From assembly GCA_963709405.1 (NCBI GenBank), contig CAVPXM010000047.1, positions 46,623 to 110,622 of the forward strand: a stretch of DNA of 64,000 bases. The letters run 5' to 3'. This document shows, in pieces, positions 32,634 to 42,922 of this stretch. The notes below the pieces were generated by a model. It searched no databases. It was not told the DNA's origin and saw only the letters and a list, made by a program, of their open reading frames with translations. The translations under genes and the position numbers were made by a program. How positions within the stretch are numbered: the first letter of the stretch is position 1; each line of letters starts with the position of its first letter. Source of the stretch: an uncultured Nitrososphaerales archaeon (lineage in GTDB: Archaea > Thermoproteota > Nitrososphaeria > Nitrososphaerales > Nitrososphaeraceae).

Positions 32634-33065
32634 ATGCGAACAACTGACTATCGTTACCTGGACCACATCGCTGATACGATTGTGGAGGCATACGGCAGCA
32701 GTTTGGAAGAAGCATTTGAAAATTCTGGCCGCGCGCTAGTTAACATCATGTTTGAATTAAATCAGGTTAATATTAAGAAGATCATAAGAATCGAAGTACA
32801 AGGAAGTGACCTTGAGAATCTACTCTATTCCTGGCTTGAGAAAATACTGCTGCTCGTCCTGGTAGATAGGTTTTTACCATCAGAATTTGATGCCAACATT
32901 GTTAGGGATAAAAGCGGTATCTCATTAACAGCCACAGCCAGAGGTGAAGACATTGACTATCGGAGACATGTTTATCACATCGAAGTCAAAGCGATAACAT
33001 ACCACGAGATGAGTATCGAGCAGGAACAGGATAATATCACAATAAGATATATTGTAGATCTCTGA
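32634..33065 (+). CDS. Archease (RtcB activator)
   Basis: YRYLDHIAD, EVKAITYHEM and C-terminal VDL. Confidence 0.95.
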   Translation: MRTTDYRYLDHIADTIVEAYGSSLEEAFENSGRALVNIMFELNQVNIKKIIRIEVQGSDLENLLYSWLEKILLLVLVDRFLPSEFDANIVRDKSGISLTATARGEDIDYRRHVYHIEVKAITYHEMSIEQEQDNITIRYIVDL

Positions 33066-33161
33066 GCCTTCTTGCGCTTAGGCTTGCGCTTGGCCTATAG
33101 GACTGACTGGTACTTTAACAAATCTTAAATACCGAATATATCCTTAAAGTTTTTAAGAATT

Positions 33162-33524
33162 ATGAGTGAGGATAAGAAAACTGCTAGCTCATCTCCAAGT
33201 GGTACAGCTGCCTTATTAGAGCTTTCAGAAAAGAATTTTGATGATGTTGTAAACGCAAACAAACCAGTTTTGGTAGATTTTTGGGCTACATGGTGCGGGC
33301 CATGCCAATTTATGCTTCCTATTTTTGACAAATTAGCAAAGAAATATGGCGAAAAAGTGTCATTTGGAAGACTAAATGTGGATGATAATCAAGGTGTTGC
33401 TATGAGATTTGATGTTTATGCGATTCCTACCTTCATCATTTTTATGAACGGTAAGGCTGTTGACAGAGCAGTGGGAGCGGTAGGAGAGAAGGGCCTGGAG
33501 GGTCTCTTACAGAAATATCAATAA
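33162..33524 (+). CDS. trxA: Thioredoxin
   Basis: VDFWATWCGPC and AIPT motifs. Confidence 0.96.
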   Translation: MSEDKKTASSSPSGTAALLELSEKNFDDVVNANKPVLVDFWATWCGPCQFMLPIFDKLAKKYGEKVSFGRLNVDDNQGVAMRFDVYAIPTFIIFMNGKAVDRAVGAVGEKGLEGLLQKYQ

Positions 33525-33581
33525 CTTTTTGTTATTATGCCGCTTGTTCCTTTAAGAAATTTACGTATTGCCTAGATGCAC

Positions 33582-35370
33582 TTAAAGGTATCCAAAAGCA
33601 GGGTCGTCTTTTCTTTTCAGTAGTAATATCGTATCAAATACGTCTTTCTCTTCTTGGGATAGTCTATGACTAAACCGCTCGATGAGCATCTTGGCATGGC
33701 CACTAGTCAGATCAGTATAAAAATAGTCACCTTCATTAATTTGTCTTCCAATGGTAGGCTCTCTAATGGAAATTGCGACCTGCATGCCTCTTATGGCTTC
33801 TTCGATCGTCTTGCCACTATCTTGAATTTGATGTACAATACCGATCTTTCTTCCTGTCTCGTTTAAAACTCTGATTTTCTGTCGAAGCTTTCCAACCAAA
33901 ATTTCTGCTCCGAAGACCGCAGGGCTATTCCGTCTAAATATGAACCCCTTCATAAACTGGAATTTACAAATTGGCGGTATTTCATTGAACAGAATGGATT
34001 CTTCATGTTCTTTTTGATATCTGGCCCAGTCAATATAGCCTCGTACTAGGTTGTAAATAATTTGTTCGTTAAATATCTTCACATCTCTCTCTTGTGCTTC
34101 CCTCATCGCATCGTCGAGGATTTTTACATTAAACCCCAGTATTACTCCTAAATACCGATCCTTCTCCTTCACCGCAGAAGCTCCTATAACGTCTCTCCTT
34201 GTAATGTAACCAATATCAGCAGACTGAATTGCTACATTCGCCTTTTTTAGCATGTCAGTGATAGCCTCTATTGAGCCAAGGGCATCGCACTTCAATATCA
34301 CACCGTTAGACTCTGTGCTAATTATTGCGGCATTTATTTCAGATTGCAACAATGCTTTGAGACGGGTTTCATCCTCCCTCTTTTCAAGAACATATATAGG
34401 GCTGCCTGCGAGAACCCCGTCCAAGTCAGGCGATGTTATCTTTAGCCCAGCCGCTGATACTACTTCATTTACCGGCATGAATTTATCTCGTGGATCGCGC
34501 ATCTCATCCAATGGTTTTGGTACTAATAGTGCCTTCGCTTTTGTTACAATCGAGGTTTCACGTTTCGCAACAACTATAGTTGCACCATGCTTTAAAACAC
34601 CATCTAGTAAAATAATGTTCGCGGTAGGGCCTAGACCTATTTCCTCATTGACTTCGAGTACCTATCCCTCTAGCGGGACCTTCGTGCCTCTCCAATTTTA
34701 GACCGAGGTACTGTTGTGTTAGCCCGACCAATACAACCAACAATTCAGGGATCCCGACACCTGTTACCGCGCTGACAGGGACGACAGCAAATTCTCTCGT
34801 AAAATCTTTCACTCTCCAGAATGCTTCTGAAATGTAGCCCATCCTTGAAAGTGATCCCACAACATTATAGATTTTTTCATCAAGCCTCTGTTGAATAACC
34901 AAATCCTGTTTTTTTATTTCTTTACTTATAAGTGAGTTATCACCAGTATTTCGCCACCCGCTAATCGAGTCAACCTTGTTCAGTGCGATTACAAATGGAA
35001 CCTTTCTTTTCTTAAGTATATCAATACTCTCGATAGTTTGTGCCTCTAATCCCTTGTTTACATCTACGACGACGATCGCGATGTCTGCAGCTGAGCCTCC
35101 TCTAACACGAAGATTGGCAAACACTTCATGTCCTGGAGTATCAATAACAAGCAATCCCGGAATTTGGGCTTCAGATTTGGCGAGATTCAAATAAAGATTT
35201 CCACAAATTTGCTTAATTACATCAATTGGGAAGAAACTTGCACCAATATGTTGTGTTATTCCCCCTACTTCACGTGCCTGAACAGCAGTGCCTCTTATCT
35301 TATCTAAGAGAGAGGTCTTTCCGGAATCTACATGACCCAATACCACTACTACTGGCTGTCTGAGCTGCAC
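33582..35370 (-). CDS. infB: Translation initiation factor aIF5B (IF2); +1 frameshift near 34661
   Basis: GHVDSGKT, GGITQHIGA, DTPGHE, NKVD and KCDALGSIEA motifs. Confidence 0.97.
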
Positions 35371-35781
35371 TTAGGTGCTTCCAAAAACAACTTGCGATTC
35401 TTTGATGAAGCTATCATGGGAATCTGAAGCATGAATGATATTATCAGTTAAACCCAACCCAAAATCTCCTCTTATAGTACCAGGGGATGCCTCGTAAGAT
35501 TTTGTCACACCTACCATTGTCCTAACGACATTTATTGCATCATTTCCTTCTAGGATACAAGCCAATACTTTCCCAGACGAAATAAATGAGACTAGTTCCC
35601 GGAAGAAGTCTCTCTCTTTATGGACATAGTAAAATGCCTCAGCTTTTTCTCTCGAGAATAAAAATAATCTTAGTTCAAGTATCTGGAAGCCTTTCTCCTC
35701 AAATCTAGCCACAATTCGTCCGATTAGCCGCCGTTTGACGGCGTCAGGTTTAATAACTATGAGTGTTTTTTGTGTAACCAT
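35371..35781 (-). CDS. ndk: Nucleoside diphosphate kinase
   Basis: IKPDAV, PGTIRGDFG and NIIHASDS motifs. Confidence 0.97.
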   Translation of the reverse strand: MVTQKTLIVIKPDAVKRRLIGRIVARFEEKGFQILELRLFLFSREKAEAFYYVHKERDFFRELVSFISSGKVLACILEGNDAINVVRTMVGVTKSYEASPGTIRGDFGLGLTDNIIHASDSHDSFIKESQVVFGST

Positions 35782-35784
35782 AGT

Positions 35785-35997
35785 CTATTTTCTTACCCTT
35801 ATTCCTCCTTTCACATATTTGCGAGTCCACTTTAGCTTTCTAGGGTCACGTCTCAGTTCTCGCGAATTCTTCTTACACTTTGAAGAACAGGTCCACTGAA
35901 TCACTCCATCATTTTTTACTAGCATCAAGCCATGACCAGTGACTATACTTTTACCACAAAAAAAGCAGTTACGAAGCGAAATTGCTGTCTTGCTCAT
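35785..35997 (-). CDS. rpl24e: 50S ribosomal protein L24e
   Basis: CFFCG, CSSKC and PRKLKWT motifs. Confidence 0.96.
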   Translation of the reverse strand: MSKTAISLRNCFFCGKSIVTGHGLMLVKNDGVIQWTCSSKCKKNSRELRRDPRKLKWTRKYVKGGIRVRK

Positions 35998-36025
35998 TTA
36001 ATAACTATTACCATCCTTGTCCTAG

Positions 36026-36241
36026 TTACTTTATTTTTCGTGCTTCTCGTTCAGTCTCTCTAAGCATCAGTATATCATTCATTCTTACAGATCCCTTCAC
36101 ATTTCGCGTCAATATGCGTCCTTTATCCTTGCCCTCTAGCACTTTGACTCTGACTTGTATAACTTCGCCGGCAATACCCGTTCGACCCACAATTTGAATT
36201 ACTTCTGCAGGTATGACTTTCTCTTCAGCTGCTTTACTCAT
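36026..36241 (-). CDS. rps28e: 30S ribosomal protein S28e
   Basis: [19 protein letters not shown] and ETEREAR motifs. Confidence 0.97.
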   Translation of the reverse strand: MSKAAEEKVIPAEVIQIVGRTGIAGEVIQVRVKVLEGKDKGRILTRNVKGSVRMNDILMLRETEREARKIK

Positions 36242-36250
36242 CCGGATCCC

Positions 36251-36631
36251 TTATTCTTTTTTACCTTTCACTGTCGCAATTGAACTTATGACTTGATCGA
36301 CTATATGTTGCGCTTCTCCGGCTTCCATTATAGTTGCGGCTGCAGAACCTACATCAATTCCAAGTGACGCACCAAGTTGTTGCTTGCTCGGTACAAAAAT
36401 GTAAGCAGCATTTCTATCTTCGCAAAGGATAGGTAAGTGTGCAACAACTTCTGGAGGCTCTACGTCTTCAGCAATCACAACCAACTTGCTAGTCCCTCTC
36501 TCAATCGCCTTTGTTGTCTCGTTAGTTCCCTTTCTCACTTTACCACTTTGTTTAGCCAGTCGTACAGCTTCATAAATAGCACCAACTAGATCTTTTGGAG
36601 TCTCAAACTTTACATAATAAGGCTTACTCAT
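36251..36631 (-). CDS. rpl7ae: 50S ribosomal protein L7Ae
   Basis: KGTNETTKAIERG and IAEDVEPPEVVAHLP; start MSKPYY at 36631. Confidence 0.97.
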   Translation of the reverse strand: MSKPYYVKFETPKDLVGAIYEAVRLAKQSGKVRKGTNETTKAIERGTSKLVVIAEDVEPPEVVAHLPILCEDRNAAYIFVPSKQQLGASLGIDVGSAAATIMEAGEAQHIVDQVISSIATVKGKKE

Positions 36632-36639
36632 TTTTGATA

Positions 36640-36662
36640 CAATCACCCTTAGGGATCATTTC
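36640..36662 (-). promoter_or_regulatory. Putative k-turn in the rpl7ae 5' UTR overlapping the SD
   Basis: Minus strand AAU-GA-U-CCC-UAA-GGG-U-GA-UUG: tandem G.A pairs, a U.U pair and a 3-bp stem; the GGUGA SD lies inside it. Confidence 0.65.
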
Positions 36663-36715
36663 TATTCTCTTGTAGGAGAATGATATGATATAATAATGTT
36701 GTCCATAACCTGTCT

Positions 36716-38096
36716 TTATAGGCTAGTTTCTCTAATGACTTTTTCTATTATGGAGTTGTACTCGTCAACCTTTGAACGTAACACTAATTCATCAAATGAT
36801 TCGGCGTAAATCCTCAATAGTGGTTCAGTACCGCTGGGCCTTACTAAAAGCCATGAATCTTTATCAAACCAAATTTTGACTCCGTCTATTGTTTCGGTTT
36901 TTTGCGGGTTGTTGTGGTGAAGACACAGTTCGACTGCCTTATTTGCAAGATCGATTGTACAGACAATCGAAGCTCGATTTATATTGAAATGTCTTAGGCA
37001 ATTTACTTAGCATTTGAGATAGAGACTCGTTCTCTGTTGATGCGAGCATGTCCAACATTAGTGCGGTAGTCATCGCGCCATCCCTTACTTGATTCAATTC
37101 ACCGTACATGAATCCGCCATTTTCTTCTAGCCCTATGATAGATTTGCGTGTTAGCATTTCTCTAGACACTTCGACACTTCCTACCTTGGTAAATACGACT
37201 TTTGAATTTTCTTCTTTCGCCACTAGCGGAACTAACATCGTAGTATTAATTGGGCAAACAATTTCTGCATACCTATGTCTAGATCTTAATAGGTGTCTAA
37301 CCAATAATGTCCCTGTCTTATCTCCTGGATAGACTATTCCCTTTTCATCACAAAATATACTACGATCCCCATCACCATCGTAAGCTACACCAAAATCTGC
37401 TCCTAGATCTCTCACAATGTTACAAAGCGGGCTGAGGTTGGTTGGAGTTGGTTCTGACCCACGGCCAGAAAAGTTACCATCTAGAACACCATTAATCGTT
37501 ATAACTTGACAACCAAGTTGCCTTAACAAGAGCGGAGCTACAAATCCTTGAACCCCGTTTCCCAAGTCCATAACTACCTTGAACTTTCTCGCACGTATCT
37601 TTTCGGTGTCTACTAATGACAGAACCGCGTCTAGATAGGGATCTATAATATTATCATCTTTATATAGCATCCCTAACCCATCGATTCTAGAGAATTTTTT
37701 GTGAAAATAAATTTCTTCAACCTTTAGCTCATCTTCTCTTGAAATTTCTACTCCGTCTGATGCTATTGGTTTGATTCCATTGTATTGTGGTGGATTATGC
37801 GAGGCAGTGATCATTATACCCCCGCTGTATCGAGACTTTTTTGTTGCGAACTGCAAACAGGGGGTAGGAATTATTCCGGCATCCCATACATCAAGACCAG
37901 CAGAATTTATAGTAGAGCTAACTAGCCGTGATAAAATAGGACTTGACAATCTTGCGTCCCGAGCCATAACTATCCTCCCACTTTTGAAAAAAGTAGCGAG
38001 AGAGTAAGAAAGGTTTACAGTAAGATCAAATTCAAGTTCCCTCCCAAATATTCCTCTAACTCCATTAGTCCCAAAGAGCTTTTTCCGTGTCTGCAT
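36716..38096 (-). CDS. Phosphohexomutase (phosphoglucosamine mutase/PMM); frameshift near 36955
   Basis: [21 protein letters not shown] and GLEENGG; shifted frame gives IDGVKIW and RPSGTEP. Confidence 0.93.
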
Positions 38097-38309
38097 CTAT
38101 ATCGATTTGAGTTATATTTTGGTATAGATAATTTATTGGTATCTATAAAAACTACATGGTTTAGATGATATTACTTACAAAATCTTATGTAATGGGCCAA
38201 CTTTGTCTGTGAATTGCTACACTCAACACCAGCTCCTCTACAATTATATATAGTTCATCGACTTAGAAAATAAACAAATTTAACCTACCCATGAGCGTAA
38301 ATAAATAGA

Positions 38310-38455
38310 GCGGGGGTCGCCAAGCCCGGCCAACGGCGCAGGTCTCGTTTTTATTGTAAAAAAGTAATAAAAATCAGAGGGCGAAGCTTAGAATGAGTCA
38401 GGCTCCTATAACCCTGTTCCTCAGGGATTCGTGGGTTCGAATCCCACCTCCCGCA
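38310..38455 (+). tRNA. tRNA-Leu(TAG) with two introns (38343-38385 at 30/31; 38393-38410 at 37/38 or 38/39)
   Basis: Acceptor GCGGGGG/CTCCCGC plus A73; long variable arm; removing both inserts gives CAGGG-CTTAGAA-CCCTG; BHB-like pairing at both inserts. Confidence 0.85.
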
Positions 38456-38534
38456 CTCGATCATGACCAATTCCATTTAACTGGCCATTTGTTTCTCGAA
38501 AGATAGATAATCTCGTCCCTAATTAGGTCAGACG

Positions 38535-38651
38535 TCAACACACTCTTCTTTCCTTATGGTCTTGAAAATGAATCTCGCAGAAATCACTGTCACAATCATA
38601 ACAATGCCACGCCGATAGGGTATAACAAACCACACATTTTCGAAAAGGCAT
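38535..38651 (-). CDS. 38-aa B-box-like zinc-finger microprotein (absent from the ORF track)
   Basis: MPFRKCVVCYTLSAWHCYDCDSDFCEIHFQDHKERRVC: C-x2-C-x7-C-x2-C-x4-C-x2-H-x3-H. Confidence 0.7.
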   Translation of the reverse strand: MPFRKCVVCYTLSAWHCYDCDSDFCEIHFQDHKERRVC

Positions 38652-38894
38652 ATTGTAATCGTAACCTTTTTTTCCTTTAGATTTTTGTTGCCGGCTACTC
38701 CTTCATAAGATGTGCGCACTAATGATATCCGTAACCATAGTTACCATGTCTATATGTCACTATATTTTGCCCTCATAATATAAATTCCGTGAAGCTCACG
38801 TAAAATCCCAACTACAAAATCACCACAGCATTTGAATTTAAATGTTTGTTTCAACTGCAAGATTTAATTCTAGTGTTATAGATCGTGGCCTCTA

Positions 38895-39758
38895 ATGGGT
38901 AATGATCCACAAACTCTCATAGAGCTTACGGTGGTAGGGAAAGATCGGAAGGGAGTCGTCGCAGACATCACCAATTTCATATTTAGAAATGGTGGCAATG
39001 TAGAAAATGTAAACCAGAAAGTTATTCGTGGACTTTTTGGCATGCATTTGGAAGCATCTTTTCCCGAAATTGATAAGAGTTCACTTAGCAGTGGGCTGAG
39101 CGTCTTGTCGAAAAAACTAGATATGGAAATTAGAGTTCATTATGAAGAACCGAACAGGCTCAAGAATATAGCAATTCTAGTTACCAAGGAAGAACATTGC
39201 CTTGAGAAAATTCTATACTCCAGAAAGCGAGGCGAAATTGATGCAAACATTTCCGTCATTATTGGAAACGACGGATCGTTAAGATCGATTGCAGACGAAT
39301 TTCGAATTCCATTTCATGTAGTTTCTTACAGTGACCAGATTGATATAGCGGAAAGAAGTATTTTGGATCTGATAGAACAATATAATATCGACTTAATAGT
39401 GTTAGCAAGATACATGCGAATTTTGACCCCTAACTTTGTTTGGAGATATCCTAATCGGATCATAAATATTCATCCTTCACTATTACCAGCATTTCCAGGG
39501 GCTCTTGCATACGCTCAGGCATACGAAAGAGGCGCTAAAATAATAGGATGCACCGCACATTTTGTAACAGATGATCTGGATCAGGGTCCTATAATATGTC
39601 AAGACGCCTTCAAAGTGTTAGAAAATGACACATTGGACACTATAAAGTCAAAAGGCAGAGATTTAGAAGCTTCTACTTTACTCAATGCGATTCAGTTATA
39701 CCTAGACGGAAGACTAGAAGTTTATTGGGGAAAAGTATTCACAAAATCGCACCCCTAA
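38895..39758 (+). CDS. purU: Formyltetrahydrofolate deformylase
   Basis: N-terminal ACT domain (GKDRKGVVA); VLARYMRIL, INIHPSLLPAFPG and LDQGPII motifs. Confidence 0.96.
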   Translation: MGNDPQTLIELTVVGKDRKGVVADITNFIFRNGGNVENVNQKVIRGLFGMHLEASFPEIDKSSLSSGLSVLSKKLDMEIRVHYEEPNRLKNIAILVTKEEHCLEKILYSRKRGEIDANISVIIGNDGSLRSIADEFRIPFHVVSYSDQIDIAERSILDLIEQYNIDLIVLARYMRILTPNFVWRYPNRIINIHPSLLPAFPGALAYAQAYERGAKIIGCTAHFVTDDLDQGPIICQDAFKVLENDTLDTIKSKGRDLEASTLLNAIQLYLDGRLEVYWGKVFTKSHP

Positions 39759-39895
39759 ATATTAGATCAAAGGCTAGGAGATAATCATTGAACTAGATGA
39801 GTAGGTATCCCAATCCTTTCATTTCATTTTGAAGTTTTATGAACTCTTGATCTAGATTTAAAGTTGATAAGTGTGTAGTATATTTATTCCTGTAA

Positions 39896-40603
39896 TTGTC
39901 TGTACATATTAGTGAGATTACTGACTTAGACTTTCATAATGCTATTTCTCAAATACAAACAGCAATTATTCCTGTAGGTTCACTTGAGCAGCATGGTGAG
40001 CATCTCCCAATTTCCACTGATTCAATAATTGTTGACTACGTATCTGGGAAGGTGGCGCTGGATATTAACGCATTTAAATTGCCAGTAATTTGTTACGGTA
40101 TCTCGTATGAACATAAGCCTATGTTAAACATTTCGTTACAGAGTTCAACATTACTTGCAATCATCTCTGACATTTGCTGTTCTTTATCTGAAAATGGAAT
40201 TAGAAATATTATCATCCTGAACGGACATCATGGCAACTCAGGTATACTACAATATGTATCACAAGATGCTTGTGAAAACATTTCGCCACAATGTAATATT
40301 TTTGTTTTGAATTATTGGCAGTTTATGTCAGATGATTTTGATCACGCTGGAAACGTCGAAACGTCACTACTGCTTGCCATAGCACCGAACCTAGTACAAA
40401 TGCAAAGGGCAAAACCTAACTCTAAAGAATTGTTAAAATCTAAGATGGCGTACTCAGCTATGACGAGTATTCCGGGTAGTTTTCCGAGGCTTACCGGTAA
40501 TGGTGTATGGGGCGATCCTACTGGTGCAAAAGTAGAAAAAGGGATTAAATTACTGCAAGAAATTGTCGACAATATTAAATCGGTCATTTTTGAGCTACAG
40601 TAA
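39896..40603 (+). CDS. Creatininase family amidohydrolase (ArfB-like)
   Basis: PVGSLEQHGEHLP..TD, NGHHGN, HAGNVETS and GVWGDP motifs. Confidence 0.92.
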   Translation: MSVHISEITDLDFHNAISQIQTAIIPVGSLEQHGEHLPISTDSIIVDYVSGKVALDINAFKLPVICYGISYEHKPMLNISLQSSTLLAIISDICCSLSENGIRNIIILNGHHGNSGILQYVSQDACENISPQCNIFVLNYWQFMSDDFDHAGNVETSLLLAIAPNLVQMQRAKPNSKELLKSKMAYSAMTSIPGSFPRLTGNGVWGDPTGAKVEKGIKLLQEIVDNIKSVIFELQ

Positions 40604-40768
40604 TGACTTAATCGCATTCTGCTTATCCCAGACTAATTTAACTTTTTCTTGATTACTTTAACCCTTTTAGAAGTCCGTACATAATTCAACCTTGATCTCA
40701 GTATCGATACATACTCAACAGTGAAATTTTAATATATCACCTTGTTATGCCTATTCTACAGGTAGATT

Positions 40769-41005
40769 TTGGCATTGTCAGTTGATATGGCTGTAAAAGT
40801 CTTGGATGAAAGCTTAGGCAAAGTTGTACTCATAAAGCTAAAGGGAGGCAAGGTAATTAGGGGAAGTCTACATGGATTTGACCAACACATGAATTTATTG
40901 TTAGAAAATTCCGTGGAATTACTTCAAGAAAACAAATCTAATGATCTGGGAACTATTGTTGTCAGGGGTGATAACGTTGTCATCATATCTCCTCCTCCTC
41001 AATAA
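40769..41005 (+). CDS. Sm-like archaeal protein (Lsm/SmAP)
   Basis: Sm1 GSLHGFDQHMNLLL and Sm2 VVRGDNVV; upstream of rpl37e, the conserved archaeal pairing. Confidence 0.96.
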   Translation: MALSVDMAVKVLDESLGKVVLIKLKGGKVIRGSLHGFDQHMNLLLENSVELLQENKSNDLGTIVVRGDNVVIISPPPQ

Positions 41006-41031
41006 CAGCTAGGAAAATTTAGGTGATTTGA

Positions 41032-41202
41032 ATGACGAAAGGCACCACATCGATGGGAAAGTACACAAGAAAAAAGGTGCACATAAGATGTAGGAGGTGC
41101 GGACACAATTCGTTTCACAAGCGAGGAAAGACTTGTTCGAAATGTGGTTATCCTGAGCCAAAAATGCGAAAATACAGTTGGATAAAAAGAGCGATTTTAT
41201 AG
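41032..41202 (+). CDS. rpl37e: 50S ribosomal protein L37e (absent from the ORF track)
   Basis: [24 protein letters not shown] and RKYSW; GGTGA SD upstream. Confidence 0.97.
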   Translation: MTKGTTSMGKYTRKKVHIRCRRCGHNSFHKRGKTCSKCGYPEPKMRKYSWIKRAIL

Positions 41203-41273
41203 TTTTCAATGATAGCGTCTGTGAGATGGCTAAGGTTTCTGTCGATGCTTGAATCGGAGGCTATACTCAATTT

Positions 41274-42012
41274 TTGCTAGAACTAGCTGTAATAGCTGTG
41301 TCATCAATATTAGGTGCGCTTTCCGTTTCATTTCTTCATGGAAACAAAGTAGTAACAGATAGCATAGATAGGATGAAAGGTAAAGTCGTCCTACATCCTT
41401 TCGAATCTGCGCGTCGTGAACTTGAATCGTTGAAGATTGAGAGAGAATCTTTGGCTGATAAAATCAACAGAGTCTATGAAGCAACGACCGACGGAAGGAT
41501 AGATACATTTGAGCGAGACAAGCTCATACTAAATTGCAAAGAAGAAATAGGTTTGCAGAATGTAAGAATTAGGGAATTAGAAGAAATAAGTAATTATTCT
41601 GAGCTTTTGACGCTTCGCTCAGATTTGGTCAGATTGTTCGAGAATAAAATTTCAGAGATCAATAATAAATTAAGGGAATTGTCAACCAAGCAAATAATAA
41701 ATGATGCTACGAGGCTTGAATCAAATGTACCAGGAGGAACAAATCCTCATGAGAAAGAAGAAGAAACTTCCGTTAGCGAAATAGGCATGGTTACAAATAT
41801 ACAAAAAAATCACCGATCCAGCGAACGTAATTACACAGAAGAGAATATCCGGAAGATTCAAGATGAGATCACTCAGGCTTTCAGCTGTGTTAGAAAACTC
41901 AAATATTCATCCTGATAAGCAGATCACTGAGAATTCCCAACTATCAGATAAAAAAATGAATATTCGCAAGCCCCAGAAAAGGGATGCGTTATCATTTTTG
42001 GATGGATTCTGA
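41274..42012 (+). CDS. Membrane-anchored coiled-coil hypothetical protein; probable frameshift near 41882
   Basis: N-terminal hydrophobic helix and heptad-rich E/L/K segments; shifted frame ends KRDALSFLDGF. Confidence 0.65.
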
Positions 42013-42223
42013 GTCTTAGTTTAGTCGATTCCACTTCCATTAATTGCGTCGCGAATTTATAGAATTTTGGGATTCATTTCATTCACTTGTATTACATGCG
42101 GTTGTATCACTAAGTAATTATAAGTGTCCGACCGAAAGGGTTTGTTGCTGCGATCATCCTATCTGAAGTGGTTAAAATGATAAAGCCCATTCTCGGAAAG
42201 GTTAAAGTTTCATTGATAATCAT

Positions 42224-42922
42224 TTGCAATTCATGTGCTCATTGATAAATGCTGCGATATGCAAGCTAGCAAAGGACGTAGTCAATCGATACGTCAAGGA
42301 AAATATGACAATTGGACTAGGCAGTGGAAGTACAGTCGCTGCAATTGTCAGAGAGCTAGGATCGTCATCAAGCAAGGATTCCTTAAGCTTTATACCTACA
42401 TCATTACAAATCGAGGTAGAGGCCGAAGAAAGTAACCTCACTATTAAGGACGAAAGCAGAATACCAGAGATTGATATTGTATTTGATGGAGCTGACCAGA
42501 TTGATTCAAACTTCAATATGATTAAAGGAGGAGGGGGAGCATTACTCAAGGAAAAGATTATTACATCTGCATCTCCAAAACTAGTAATTTCGGCAGATTC
42601 AAGTAAATATGTCAAATCATTCAGTCACCCCATCCCTATAGAAGTCCACAGGTTTGCCAGGCGAGTAGTCTACGAAAGGTTAAAGAAAATAGGCGGTCAG
42701 CCCTATTTGAGAACTCTAGAAAAAGGATATCCATTCATTACTGAAAGCTCGAATATAATTTATGATACGATATTCGAACCTTATGACGACCACAAAAAAA
42801 AGGAGATAGAAATTAAAAGTATTCCTGGCATCATGGAGGTTGGACTCTTTACTCGTCGAGCTGATGCATATTACAAGGCAAAGAAAGATGGCACTTTTGA
42901 AATTATTTATAACCATTTGTAG
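42224..42922 (+). CDS. rpiA: Ribose-5-phosphate isomerase A
   Basis: IGLGSGST, DGADQID and KGGGGALLKEK motifs. Confidence 0.97.
   Translation: MQFMCSLINAAICKLAKDVVNRYVKENMTIGLGSGSTVAAIVRELGSSSSKDSLSFIPTSLQIEVEAEESNLTIKDESRIPEIDIVFDGADQIDSNFNMIKGGGGALLKEKIITSASPKLVISADSSKYVKSFSHPIPIEVHRFARRVVYERLKKIGGQPYLRTLEKGYPFITESSNIIYDTIFEPYDDHKKKEIEIKSIPGIMEVGLFTRRADAYYKAKKDGTFEIIYNHL

Noticed and set aside
38528-38719. 63-aa ORF from the track
   Set aside because: It overlaps the more convincing zinc-finger frame at 38535-38651
41009-41209. Minus-strand 66-aa ORF
   Set aside because: Antisense shadow of rpl37e
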